Positions 1-9,210 of a DNA stretch of 64,000 bases are shown here, piece by piece. A program made the translations under genes and the position numbers. The number at the start of each line of letters is the position of its first letter. The stretch's first letter is position 1. The stretch is from an uncultured Gammaproteobacteria bacterium (lineage in GTDB: Bacteria; Pseudomonadota; Gammaproteobacteria; Steroidobacterales; Steroidobacteraceae), in the NCBI GenBank assembly GCA_963840405.1, contig CAWIYW010000005.1, forward strand, positions 75,226-139,225, written 5' to 3'. The notes beneath the pieces were generated by a model. That model saw nothing but the letters and a program-made list of their open reading frames with translations, was not told where the DNA came from and did no database searches.

Positions 1-796
1 GGCGGCAAAAGCACCCGTGTGGCGTTTGCTTGGAGGCCAATATCGCGACCGTGTCGAGATCGCCCATTCACTGGGCATCATGCCGGTGGATCGCTGCATC
101 GACGAGGCGGTAGCTGCAGTGGGCGAGGGCGCGCGTACGATCAAGTGCAAGACGGGCCTGGAGCCCACACGCGACGTTGAGGTCATACGCCGCCTTCGCG
201 AGAAGCTCGGTCCCGACGTCCGCATCCGCGTCGACGGCAACGAGGGCTACCGAGACGTTTGGGAAGCGATCCGCGTGACACGTCGGCAGGAGGAGTACGA
301 CATCTTGTTGTGCGAGCAGCCGGTGATGGGTGCGCGGGAGCTAGCGCTCGTTGCCGAGCGCATCAACTGCCCAGTGATGGCCGACGAGTCGGCCTGGACC
401 TGTCACGACATCCTCGAGCTCGTGCAGCACAAGGCCGCCGCCTGCCTCTCGTGTTACGTGACGAAGCCTGGTGGACTCTACCGCGCGAGTCAGCAGGCCG
501 ATCTGGCTGAGACCTTGGGGCTGTACTGTGATGTCGGCGGCTCGATCGAGTCCGGGATAGGAAACGCCGCCAATCTGCATTTAGCGGCAGCGACCAGAAT
601 CGCAACGCTGCCGAGCGTGTGCCCGGTGTCGAAGCCCGCCGGTTCTGGCGGACCCGGGATCGCCGGCTGCTACTATCTTGATGATCTGATCACCGAGCCC
701 TTCAAGTACGAGGACGGCGCGGTACTGGTGCCGCAAGGAGTGGGGCTCGGCATCGAAGTCGACCTGGAAAAGCTCGAGAAGTATTCAGTACCGTGA
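1..796 (+). CDS. Enolase-superfamily enzyme (mandelate racemase / muconate-lactonizing family); N-terminus cut by the window edge
   Basis: The frame is open from base 2 (AAKAPVWRLLGGQYRD...). It shows typical MR/MLE barrel-domain features: KxK-like 'IKCKTG', 'RVDGNEGY', 'LCEQP', 'MADES'. The GTG at 17 is internal. Confidence 0.8.
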   Translation, partial: AAKAPVWRLLGGQYRDRVEIAHSLGIMPVDRCIDEAVAAVGEGARTIKCKTGLEPTRDVEVIRRLREKLGPDVRIRVDGNEGYRDVWEAIRVTRRQEEYDILLCEQPVMGARELALVAERINCPVMADESAWTCHDILELVQHKAAACLSCYVTKPGGLYRASQQADLAETLGLYCDVGGSIESGIGNAANLHLAAATRIATLPSVCPVSKPAGSGGPGIAGCYYLDDLITEPFKYEDGAVLVPQGVGLGIEVDLEKLEKYSVP

Positions 797-1881
797 GAGT
801 TGCGATTCTAGGAGCGGGCGCCGGTGGCGCATCGGCCGCGGTTGATCTGTCGCATCGCGGCCATCAAGTGAGGCTGTGGAACCGCTCGCCGGCAACTCTC
901 GAGCCACTGCGTGCTGCACACGGCATCGCATACGACGGAGTGTTCGGCGAAGGGTTCGTTGCGATCGAGACAATCACGTCAGATCTCACGGAAGTGACCC
1001 GCCACGCGGATGTACTGCTCATCTGCCTGCCGTCATTCGCGGTCGGTTCATTGGCCGCCGATCTCGCAGGGGCCGGAATCGAGAAAACGCCTGTGGTCCT
1101 CAACGCCGGCCATACGGGCGGCGCACTGGAATTCGCGCACACATTCCGGCGCATGGGACGAACACCTCCGCCGACGGTTGAGTTCTCGACGTTGACTTAC
1201 GTCGCCCGGAAGGCAAGTCCCGGGCGAGTCTTGACGACGGGAAGTGCGAAGGCCGTACGTGCCGCTGCCTTGCCGGGCGCCAGCGCCGCTATGCGACTCG
1301 CACGCGAGCTCTACGCATCCGCAACGCCGGTCGACAACGTGCTCGCGACGAGCCTCAGCAATGTCAACATCGTCCTGCATCCGCCTGGTGCCATTCTCGG
1401 CTCGGCATGGATCGAGGCCACCAACGGAGATTTCACCTTCTATGTCCAAGGATTGACGGATGGAGTGGCCAGGACAATGGAACGGCTCGACGCGGAGCGT
1501 CGTGATGTCGCGCATGCACTGGGGCTTGATCTACCACCGCTGTTCGACGAGATGCGTGCCATTGGAACGATTGAGGGCGGTGCGGATAGAACCCAGGGTC
1601 TCGCAGCAGGCATTCGCGCCGGAGCTGCGAACCGAAGCATCCGCGCTCCCAGCTCCCTCCGGCATCGGTACTTCTACGAGGACTTCTGGTACGGCCTCAA
1701 GCCATTTCTGGCATTCGCAGCGATCGGGAAAGTCGATACGCCTGTCGCGCAATCCCTGTGGACGCTGGGTGAAGCGCTGCTAGGCGCTGAGGCACCCACT
1801 GGCGGACGCTCAGCGGTGGAAATGGGCATTGCGGGAAAGACTGTCGAACAACTCCAACAAATGGTGATGCAAACAGAATGA
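793..1881 (+). CDS. NAD(P)-dependent opine (octopine/nopaline)-type dehydrogenase family protein
   Basis: N-terminal Rossmann motif 'MRVAILGAGAGGASAA'. Length and overall pattern fit the opine dehydrogenase family. Its GTGA start overlaps the upstream stop. Confidence 0.65.
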   Translation: MRVAILGAGAGGASAAVDLSHRGHQVRLWNRSPATLEPLRAAHGIAYDGVFGEGFVAIETITSDLTEVTRHADVLLICLPSFAVGSLAADLAGAGIEKTPVVLNAGHTGGALEFAHTFRRMGRTPPPTVEFSTLTYVARKASPGRVLTTGSAKAVRAAALPGASAAMRLARELYASATPVDNVLATSLSNVNIVLHPPGAILGSAWIEATNGDFTFYVQGLTDGVARTMERLDAERRDVAHALGLDLPPLFDEMRAIGTIEGGADRTQGLAAGIRAGAANRSIRAPSSLRHRYFYEDFWYGLKPFLAFAAIGKVDTPVAQSLWTLGEALLGAEAPTGGRSAVEMGIAGKTVEQLQQMVMQTE

Positions 1882-2789
1882 GTCCACCGAACGAAGCACA
1901 CCGGACGTACTCGCCCGAGTGGCGCAGTCTGATCATAAGCGTCATCGGCGGCGACGAGCGCGAGCAGGAGATCGCGCGCTTGGCTGCAACCTCGGGGGCG
2001 AGGGTGAGGGCATTCGGCTTTCCCTGGCCTCAGGACGGTATCCCGGGTGTCGAGCGCACTCGAACGGCGATTGAGGCTCTGACCGGAGCACGCATCGCGC
2101 TCTTCCCGATCCTGGGAATTGCAACGGATGGCAGTTTGTTCGCGACCGATCGCATCGTCCCGCGGGAGGATCTTCTCGCGGCGATGGCGCCCCGTGCGCA
2201 CATCATTCTCGGCAAGGCAGACGACGGCCTGCGTCAAGCAGCCGCGAAGCGCGACGTGCAGCTGCATGAGTACGAGCACGATCGGGAGCTCATGCTGCTG
2301 CGCGCCCCAGCCATCGTCGAAGCTGCGCTGAAAGTCATCATCGAGAACACACGCTTTACGATTCACGGCGCGAACATTTGCATTGTCGGCCTCGGCAACA
2401 TCGGGACGGTCCTCGCGCGTACACTAGTTGCGCTCGGTGCCCACGTCTCGGTTGCAGCACGCAATCGGGTGCAGCTGGCCGCCGCGTACACGATGGGCGC
2501 CAGGACCGTACCGCTCGATCGCCTGACAGAGGCTGCCGGCGACTTCGATGTGGTGCTGTCGACAGCTCCGGCGCCGGTCGTGACGGCCGCCGTGATCGAT
2601 CGGCTGCCTTCACACGCGCTCGTCGTGGACCTGACCGCACCGCCAGGAAGTTGTGACCTGGCTTACGCGACGCAAAGCGGGCGAAAGGCCGTCTGGGCAC
2701 GCGCGCTGGGTCGTCGTGCGCCAATTGCAGTCGGAGCGAGCCAATGGCACGGGGTGGCGAAGATCATCGACACCATCCTCGGCGTGTAA
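1878..2789 (+). CDS. Dipicolinate synthase subunit A (DpaA)-like / D-2-hydroxyacid-dehydrogenase-like NAD-binding protein
   Basis: Carries 'ICIVGLGNIGTVLARTL' NAD-binding Rossmann motif in mid-protein, and the N-terminal domain layout resembles DpaA. An ATGA overlap links it to the upstream gene. Confidence 0.55.
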   Translation: MSPPNEAHRTYSPEWRSLIISVIGGDEREQEIARLAATSGARVRAFGFPWPQDGIPGVERTRTAIEALTGARIALFPILGIATDGSLFATDRIVPREDLLAAMAPRAHIILGKADDGLRQAAAKRDVQLHEYEHDRELMLLRAPAIVEAALKVIIENTRFTIHGANICIVGLGNIGTVLARTLVALGAHVSVAARNRVQLAAAYTMGARTVPLDRLTEAAGDFDVVLSTAPAPVVTAAVIDRLPSHALVVDLTAPPGSCDLAYATQSGRKAVWARALGRRAPIAVGASQWHGVAKIIDTILGV

Positions 2790-2790
2790 A

Positions 2791-4137
2791 GTGAAAGCGG
2801 ATCTCGTCATTCGCAACGCGCGAGTCATCGACTTTCGCGGCGAGTTCATCGGTGGTCTGGCCGTGAACGACGGCAAGATCGTCGTGTCTGGACTCGACGA
2901 GTCGCTGCCAGAAGGACGGCGCGTGATCGACGCACGCGGGCGATGTCTTATGCCGGGGATGGTCGATGCGCACTGTCACCTCGGTGTCGCGTATCCGTAC
3001 GTGGAAGACATGCGCACGGAGACCGCGCAAGCGGCTCGCGGTGGACTGACCACCGTGCTGCTGTACACCCGCACCAAGCAACCCTCGTATATTCCCTTCT
3101 ACGTGGAGCGCCGTGAAATCGGCGAAGCGCAGGCCTGCATCGATTTCGGCTTTCACTTCGGCATCCAGCGCGAGGAGCACATTCACGAGATTCCGCAGAT
3201 CGTCGCTCAGACTGGCGTGCAGTCGTTCAAGCTGTATTTCGGCTACGAACCTGACAACCCGATCGGCATCGTTCCGGCAACGGATGGCTGGGTCTACGCA
3301 ACCATGTTGAAGGTGGCGGGGTTGCCGCACGGAGTCGTGTCGGTGCACTGCGAGAACACCGCGATCGCGGCATGGCTCAAGAAGGAGATGGTGGCCTCGG
3401 GGCGCCAGGACCTTGGCGCCTACACGGAGTCACGCCCCGCCTTTTGCGAGGTCGAAACGATCAAGCGGATGATATTTCTCGCCGAGCGTACGCGTTGTCC
3501 GCTGCAGGTCGTACATACTTCCGTCGGGGCGGGTCCGGACATCGCCGACGAAGCGCGGGCCCGCGGGATCGATGTCACGATTGAAACGTGTCCACACTAT
3601 CTTACCCGCACGGCCTACGACACGGATCTCGACATGCGGGCGAAGATTTCCCCGCCACTGCGCGACGAGGAGCAAAAGGAATGGCTGTGGCGGGGCGTGC
3701 TCGCCGGCAAAGTCAATTCCGTCGGCAGCGACCACGTGCCTTTCCTTCCGAAGAAGGGAGAGGACCTTTGGACGGAGTTTCCTGGAATCGTGTCGTTTCC
3801 TTGGGAGCTTGCCCTGCTGATCACGGCAGGAGTCCATCGACGCGGCCTCAGCCTGCAGCGCCTGTCGTCACTGATTGCATTTGGCCCTGCGCGACGCTTC
3901 GGGCTCTATCCGCGCAAGGGGTCACTTGAGGCCGGCTCGGATGCCGACCTCGTACTCCTCGATCTGGACGAAGAGCGCGTCGTCAAGCACGAGGGCAGGG
4001 GCACGTGTATCTATGAGGGCCTGAAGCTGAAGGGGTGGCCCATCATGACGATCTCGAACGGCCGCATAGTCTTCGAAAACGGACAGGTCGACGAGCGGGC
4101 GTTCGGGCGGGGCCGATGCGTGACCAGGCCGCAGTGA
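2791..4137 (+). CDS. Hydantoinase / dihydropyrimidinase-type cyclic amidohydrolase
   Basis: Starts 'VKADLVIRNARVID' and carries the metal motif 'MVDAHCHL'. Other markers are 'SFKLYFGY' (position of the carbamylated Lys), 'VHCEN', 'ETCPHYL' and 'GSDHVP'. The GTG start at 2791 lies just after the upstream stop, so the longer ORF from 2653 is rejected. Confidence 0.75.
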   Translation: MKADLVIRNARVIDFRGEFIGGLAVNDGKIVVSGLDESLPEGRRVIDARGRCLMPGMVDAHCHLGVAYPYVEDMRTETAQAARGGLTTVLLYTRTKQPSYIPFYVERREIGEAQACIDFGFHFGIQREEHIHEIPQIVAQTGVQSFKLYFGYEPDNPIGIVPATDGWVYATMLKVAGLPHGVVSVHCENTAIAAWLKKEMVASGRQDLGAYTESRPAFCEVETIKRMIFLAERTRCPLQVVHTSVGAGPDIADEARARGIDVTIETCPHYLTRTAYDTDLDMRAKISPPLRDEEQKEWLWRGVLAGKVNSVGSDHVPFLPKKGEDLWTEFPGIVSFPWELALLITAGVHRRGLSLQRLSSLIAFGPARRFGLYPRKGSLEAGSDADLVLLDLDEERVVKHEGRGTCIYEGLKLKGWPIMTISNGRIVFENGQVDERAFGRGRCVTRPQ

Positions 4138-5300
4138 GCGCATCGCCTTCAGTTCGATCGTCCGATGACCGGCTCGTGTTTCGCGCCATTGGCCTGCCGA
4201 CGAAGCCAGGGAAGGCATTCGAAGTCACAACCGCTGGCGAACGCATCGAATCGATCGTTCACACGCCCGGTGAACGCGTGCAGTGGCTCTGCTTCCCGCC
4301 ACTTGTCGATCTGCACGTACATGCCAATCGGGCCTTTACGTCCGGACGCGTTCGCCCAATGTCATCTGCACATGCCGTTGAGCTCGCGCTCGAACTGGCC
4401 AAAGTCGCGATCGCCGAGGACTATGAACGTAACGCTTCTCTCCTGTTCGACCATGCGCGGCGGCATGGCACGAGTCGCGTACGCACGCATGCAGATATCG
4501 GATCCTACGTGGACCTCAAGGCCGTGGAGGGTACTGCCCGGGGGCGGGAGCGATTCAGCACGCAGCTCGAGGTGGAGATTGTCGCTTTCGCAACCGTGTC
4601 ACAGGATCCAGCCGATCTTCGGGTTCGCCAGCTGCTCCGCGAGGCCTGCCACGCAGGGGCAAACCTCCTCGGTGCCGTGCCGGACGTTTACGAGGATCCG
4701 AGGCGATCGATTGACGCGCTGCTCGAGCTCGCGGGCGAGCTCGACGTCGGAATCGACGTGCACATCGACGAACATCTTGATACCCCGCGCTCAGCGAGTA
4801 CCTATCTCGCCGAAGCGACTTCGCGCCGCGGCTATCACGGACGTGTCTGGCTGAGCCACGGATGTGCACTGTCGTCGTTCGATCGCGGGGCGCAAGCAGC
4901 GATTGCGAGCGCGATCGCCGAGGCGCGAATCACGGTGATCTGTCTGCCGGCGACGAACCTCTATCTGCAGGACCGCGGTCGCGGCACGCCTCAAAGGCGC
5001 GGTCTCACTTGTGTGCAGGAGCTGGCCGCCGCCGGAGTCGAGGTGCGATTTGCGAGCGACAACGTCCAGGACATGTTCTATCCATACGGATCCGCAGACA
5101 TGCTCGAAACCGCGCAACTGGCGGCAATGGCCGCACACTTCGAGGATTCGGCGTTGCTCGTTCGCGCCATCTGCGACGGGCGCAGTGAGATCGCAGCGGG
5201 CGAGGAAGCGAGCTTCCTGCTCGTGCGCGGAGAATCACTGACTCAGGTTCTCGCCGAGCGGTCGCCAGAGCGCAATCGGATAACGCGCGGCGTGCGCTGA
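4116..5300 (+). CDS. Cytosine-deaminase-like amidohydrolase
   Basis: Has the HxH metal motif 'VDLHVHAN', then 'VHIDE', 'LSHGCAL', and a late Asp in 'FASDNVQD'. The ATG at 4116 overlaps the upstream gene by 22 nt; the exact start is uncertain. Confidence 0.6.
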   Translation: MRDQAAVSASPSVRSSDDRLVFRAIGLPTKPGKAFEVTTAGERIESIVHTPGERVQWLCFPPLVDLHVHANRAFTSGRVRPMSSAHAVELALELAKVAIAEDYERNASLLFDHARRHGTSRVRTHADIGSYVDLKAVEGTARGRERFSTQLEVEIVAFATVSQDPADLRVRQLLREACHAGANLLGAVPDVYEDPRRSIDALLELAGELDVGIDVHIDEHLDTPRSASTYLAEATSRRGYHGRVWLSHGCALSSFDRGAQAAIASAIAEARITVICLPATNLYLQDRGRGTPQRRGLTCVQELAAAGVEVRFASDNVQDMFYPYGSADMLETAQLAAMAAHFEDSALLVRAICDGRSEIAAGEEASFLLVRGESLTQVLAERSPERNRITRGVR

Positions 5301-5328
5301 CATGACGCCGCGCTCGCGGTTGCGCACT

Positions 5329-5354
5329 ATTTGATCACAAACTATGATCACATA
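5329..5354. promoter_or_regulatory. Operator-like tandem TGATCACA site (copy A), 33 nt upstream of the M24 gene
   Basis: The sequence is ATTTGATCACAAACTATGATCACATA. It matches the site at 10155-10180 at 23 of 26 positions. Two TGATCACA boxes sit 13 nt apart, and each contains the palindrome TGATCA. Confidence 0.6.
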
Positions 5355-5386
5355 GTACGCGCACAAATCTGGCGAACAAGGACCCT

Positions 5387-6502
5387 ATGCGATCGGAGAT
5401 CGTGTCACGTCTGGAAGCGATGATGCGCGAGCACAGCTACGACGCCATCCTTGCGATTTCTCCCGAGAACTTTGCTTATCTTTCGGGTTTCGTCGTGCCG
5501 TCTCAGCCGTTGATGCGCTGGCGTCACGCTGCCTGTGTGGTCACGGCCGACGGCCGCTGTGCAATGCTGGTCGTCGACATGGAGGAAACGACAGCGCGAG
5601 CCCGGGCCCCTGGCGTGGAGCTGCGCGCGTGGGGCGAGTTCACAGACAGACCCATGATCGTGCTTGCCGGACTGCTTGCGGATCTGGGGCTAGAACGCGC
5701 GCACATCGGGACCGAACTCGATTATCTGCCGGCCGCTGCGTGTGCAGAACTGCAGCGTGCTCTCCCGCACGCTCGCTGGTCCGCCGCCGACTCACTCCTT
5801 GCACGCGCCCGGCAGCTAAAGACCGAGGCCGAGATCGAGCAGATGCGCAAGCTCGCGCGCATCGCCGACAGAACGATTCACGACTCGCTGACTCACGTCA
5901 GCGAAGGAAGCTCGGAGATGGACATCGCCGCGATGCTCACGCGGGGGATCTTCGAGCTGGGTGCGGATAGCTTCAAGCTGATGATCGTCGCCACGGGCGA
6001 ACGCAGCGTTTATCCGAACGTCGGCCCGACGCAGCGCAGGCTGCAGGCGCGCGACATCTGCCGCGTCGAGATCTTTTCGGTCGGCAGCGGCTACCATGCG
6101 GGGGTGTGCCGCACCGCATACGTCCGTGATCCACCCCCCGAGGCCGAGCGCATCTGGCAGAACCTCGTCGAGTGCAAATATCTCGTGATGGAGATGATCA
6201 AACCTGGGGCGAGCTCCCGCGCCATCTACGAGGCGTTCATCGGGCATCTCGGCAAGCTCAAGCTTCCGCCGATCAAGTTCGTCGGTCATGGCATCGGGTT
6301 GCATCTGCACGAGCAACCGTATCTCGGTCCCCACTCCGACGTTCCGCTCGAGGCGGGCATGGTGCTCGGCATCGAGCCGCTCGTGTACAACACCGGGTAC
6401 GGGTTTGGCATGCAGAACAAGGACATTGTCGCAGTGACACGTACTGGCTGCGAGTTGCTGTCAGATCACACGAACACCGATCGCCTTTTCGCGATTCGCT
6501 GA
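5387..6502 (+). CDS. M24-family metallopeptidase-fold protein (Xaa-Pro dipeptidase / creatinase / ectoine-hydrolase-like)
   Basis: The N-terminal creatinase-like domain begins 'YDAILAISPENFAYLSGF'. The C-terminal pita-bread fold shows 'GHGIGLHLHEQP' and 'GMVLGIEP'. Confidence 0.75.
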   Translation: MRSEIVSRLEAMMREHSYDAILAISPENFAYLSGFVVPSQPLMRWRHAACVVTADGRCAMLVVDMEETTARARAPGVELRAWGEFTDRPMIVLAGLLADLGLERAHIGTELDYLPAAACAELQRALPHARWSAADSLLARARQLKTEAEIEQMRKLARIADRTIHDSLTHVSEGSSEMDIAAMLTRGIFELGADSFKLMIVATGERSVYPNVGPTQRRLQARDICRVEIFSVGSGYHAGVCRTAYVRDPPPEAERIWQNLVECKYLVMEMIKPGASSRAIYEAFIGHLGKLKLPPIKFVGHGIGLHLHEQPYLGPHSDVPLEAGMVLGIEPLVYNTGYGFGMQNKDIVAVTRTGCELLSDHTNTDRLFAIR

Positions 6503-6511
6503 GCCCGGTTC

Positions 6512-7942
6512 ATGCGCGTCCTGATCGAGCATCTGGAATTCCTCCTGTGCGTTGATCGCGATGACCGCGTCATCCATGACGCTGCGGTCGTCATCGAGAA
6601 CGATCGGGTGGTGGATCTGGGGGCGACGGCCGAGGTGCTTGCACGCCAACGGGAGAGGGCTATCGATCAGGTGCTCGACGGTCGCAGGCGCGGGATGTGT
6701 CCCGGATTCGTTGACTCACACGTGCACTTGTCCGAGACGCTCTCGCGAGGCGTCTTTCCGGATGACATCGACACACGTACTTGGGTGTTTCATTGGGCAA
6801 AGCCATTCTACGCACACGTCGACTCGGAGGACGAGCGCATCAGCGTCCTGTTGTCGTGTACGGAGATGCTTCGATGCGGCACGACTTGCTTCCTCGACAT
6901 GGGAGCTCAGAACGATCCTGCAGGCACGGTAGCCGCCATTGAGCAGAGTGGCATGCGTGGCATCACAGGGCGACATGCGGCAGATACTCCGCCTGCGACG
7001 CTGCCATCGGGTTGGACCGAAGAGATGGTCCGACATCATTTCTTTCCGGACGCAACGGCAGCGCTCGATGCGCTCGGCAGAACCGTCGAACGGTGGCACA
7101 ACTCGGCGGGCGGCAGAATCCGCTGTTGGGTCAACATCGAAGGTAAGGAGCCATGCAGCGTGGCGTTGCACGTCGGAGCACGCCGGCTGGCTGAAAAGTA
7201 TGGGGTCGGAACGACTTATCATCTCGCGACCAGCATCGAGGAGGCGCAACTCTCCGAGAAGAAGTACGGGAAAACGCCCGTGCAGAGGATTGCGGATGCC
7301 GGAGGCCTCGGTCCAAATCTCGTCATTGCGCACGCAGTGGCACTGACAGAATCGGAAACGCACTTGCTCGCCGCCAACGACACCAAGATCGCGTTCTGTC
7401 CGGGAACTTCGCTGAAGCTGGCGAAGGGAGCTGCGGCGTTCGGCCGTTATCCGGAGCTCATCGATGCCGGTGTCACCGTATCGTTGGGCACGGATGGCGT
7501 CTCGGCCTCTGGCAACCTCAATTTGATGAGACAGATGTACGTTGTCGCGGGGCTGTTCAAGGATGCGCGCAAGGACGCCCGCATGATCGGCGCACGCACA
7601 GCACTGCGAATGGCCACCATCAATGGAGCCCGGGCGCTCGGCTGGGACGACGAGATCGGCTCGCTCGAAGTCGGCAAGAAGGCGGATTTCGTGCTATTCG
7701 ACCTCGACCACGTCGAATGGACACCGTACGGGGATGCCGTGCAGACACTCGTGTGGTCGGCGTCGAACGCGTCGATCGCGGAGACGTGGGTGGATGGCCG
7801 GCCACTGTTTCGCGACGGCCGGGTGCTGACGATCGACGAGCCGGCGCTGCGGGGTGAAGCTCGCACGAGGTCGGCGGCGATCGTCAAACGTGCGAAACTG
7901 GGGTCCCGGGACATCTCCAGGTCAACCTCGCTCTATAGCTGA
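6512..7942 (+). CDS. Amidohydrolase of the TrzA/AtzA / MTA-SAH-deaminase / guanine-deaminase group
   Basis: Carries 'GFVDSHVHLSETL' (HxH), 'IAHAVAL' and 'LGTDG'. The length (476 aa) is typical of the group. Confidence 0.75.
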   Translation: MRVLIEHLEFLLCVDRDDRVIHDAAVVIENDRVVDLGATAEVLARQRERAIDQVLDGRRRGMCPGFVDSHVHLSETLSRGVFPDDIDTRTWVFHWAKPFYAHVDSEDERISVLLSCTEMLRCGTTCFLDMGAQNDPAGTVAAIEQSGMRGITGRHAADTPPATLPSGWTEEMVRHHFFPDATAALDALGRTVERWHNSAGGRIRCWVNIEGKEPCSVALHVGARRLAEKYGVGTTYHLATSIEEAQLSEKKYGKTPVQRIADAGGLGPNLVIAHAVALTESETHLLAANDTKIAFCPGTSLKLAKGAAAFGRYPELIDAGVTVSLGTDGVSASGNLNLMRQMYVVAGLFKDARKDARMIGARTALRMATINGARALGWDDEIGSLEVGKKADFVLFDLDHVEWTPYGDAVQTLVWSASNASIAETWVDGRPLFRDGRVLTIDEPALRGEARTRSAAIVKRAKLGSRDISRSTSLYS

Positions 7943-7962
7943 AGGCGAAGCGATCACATTCC

Positions 7963-8169
7963 ATGCCAGTCGTTACCATACAAATGTGGACCGGGCGCAC
8001 GGTGGAACAGAAGCGGCGCCTCGTGAAAGCCGTGACGGATGCCATGGTCGAGCACGCTGACGCCAAGCCTGACGCGCTGCACGTGATCATTCAGGAGGTA
8101 CCGCGTGACAGCTGGGGGCGAGCCGGCGTCCTCGGTATCGATCAGGAGGCGCCCAAGCATGAGCCTTGA
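7963..8169 (+). CDS. 4-oxalocrotonate tautomerase family protein
   Basis: It is 68 aa long, starts 'MPVVTIQM' (catalytic Pro-1 after Met removal), and then has the typical 'EQKRRLVKAVTDAM'. Confidence 0.8.
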   Translation: MPVVTIQMWTGRTVEQKRRLVKAVTDAMVEHADAKPDALHVIIQEVPRDSWGRAGVLGIDQEAPKHEP

Positions 8170-9151
8170 CCTGCTTGATCTGCGGCGCGCTGCGCTCATC
8201 GTGGTGGACCTGCAGAACGCGTTCTGTCACAAGGAGGGGACGCTGGGCCGATCCGGCGTCGATACGGAACGGCTGAGTTCCGTGCTTCGTCCGGTGAGGA
8301 CGATGGTCGAGCGCTGCGCGCAGGCCGGCATGCCGGTTCTTTGGACCGTTCAGGAGCATTTCGAGATAGACCGGCATCGCGGCCGCAAACGGTTGCCAGC
8401 GCATACCACGAAACGTGCGGGTATCGCGGCCCTCGCTGGAACCTGGGACGCCGCGATCGTCGACGAGCTTTCGGACCTGGTCACTAATCCTTCGTTGGTT
8501 ATCCGCAAGCACCGCTTCGGTGCATTTTACGAAACCCGCCTCGACATCGTTCTCAAGATGCTGGGCGCGGAAGCGCTCTTCATCACGGGACTGACGTCGA
8601 ATGCCTGCGTCGAAACGACTATTCGCGAAGCCTACCTGCGAGACTACGACATCATTGGCGTCAGAGACTGCATCGCCGCTGTCAACGCCACCTGGGACGG
8701 TCTGGCTCGCGAAGTATGGGAGCAGTATTTCGCGATCACTTGCATGTCGTCCGACGTGATGGCGTGGATCGATCGCCAGCTCGAGCCGCGATCGGTTCGC
8801 ATTCACCACGTACTGCTCATGGTTCGCAACCTCGAGGTATCGCGTCGTTTCTATATCGATCTGCTCGGCTTCAAGGCAAGAGCAGACGCCAAACCACTCC
8901 CGGACGGGCGGCCGCTCATTTCCACCGTGCAGGGACTCGGCCTGACGGAGGGCGGATCCGGCGAGCAAACGCAGCTCGATCACCTGGCGTTCCAGGTGCG
9001 CGCCGTCGAGGCTTTGAGCGCGCGCCTGAAGAAAGCCGGAGTCGTATTCGATCGTGAGTTGGCTCCAGGCCCCTACGGCCAGGCAATCTACGTGAAAGAC
9101 CCCGACGGAAACCTCTTGGAGCTGTTCGAAATGGCCGGTGATCAGGGCTAA
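8159..9151 (+). CDS. Fusion protein: isochorismatase-family cysteine hydrolase plus C-terminal VOC/glyoxalase domain
   Basis: The N-terminal half shows the D-K-C triad context: 'IVVDLQNAF', 'IRKHRFGAF', 'GLTSNACVETT'. The C-terminal ~120 aa ('IHHVLLMVRNLEVSRRFYIDLLGF...DHLAFQV...YVKDPDGNLLELF') is a VOC fold. The ATG at 8159 overlaps the tautomerase stop. Confidence 0.75.
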   Translation: MSLDLLDLRRAALIVVDLQNAFCHKEGTLGRSGVDTERLSSVLRPVRTMVERCAQAGMPVLWTVQEHFEIDRHRGRKRLPAHTTKRAGIAALAGTWDAAIVDELSDLVTNPSLVIRKHRFGAFYETRLDIVLKMLGAEALFITGLTSNACVETTIREAYLRDYDIIGVRDCIAAVNATWDGLAREVWEQYFAITCMSSDVMAWIDRQLEPRSVRIHHVLLMVRNLEVSRRFYIDLLGFKARADAKPLPDGRPLISTVQGLGLTEGGSGEQTQLDHLAFQVRAVEALSARLKKAGVVFDRELAPGPYGQAIYVKDPDGNLLELFEMAGDQG

Positions 9152-9210
9152 CCATACACGGAGAAAACGAAGGTGGTTGAGGGAAACTACGCCCTGTCTT
9201 CGAAGAAGAC

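Noticed and set aside
2653-2790. N-terminal extensions in the ORF track for several genes: 2653 for the hydantoinase, 4035, 8105, 17498, 20484, 23382, 33722, 41304-42785, 57506-58444 and 58020.
   Set aside because: The extensions overlap the preceding gene or intergenic DNA and are Arg-rich. Internal starts have RBS-like purine runs, signal peptides or stop/start coupling that fit better, so I used the shorter coordinates.
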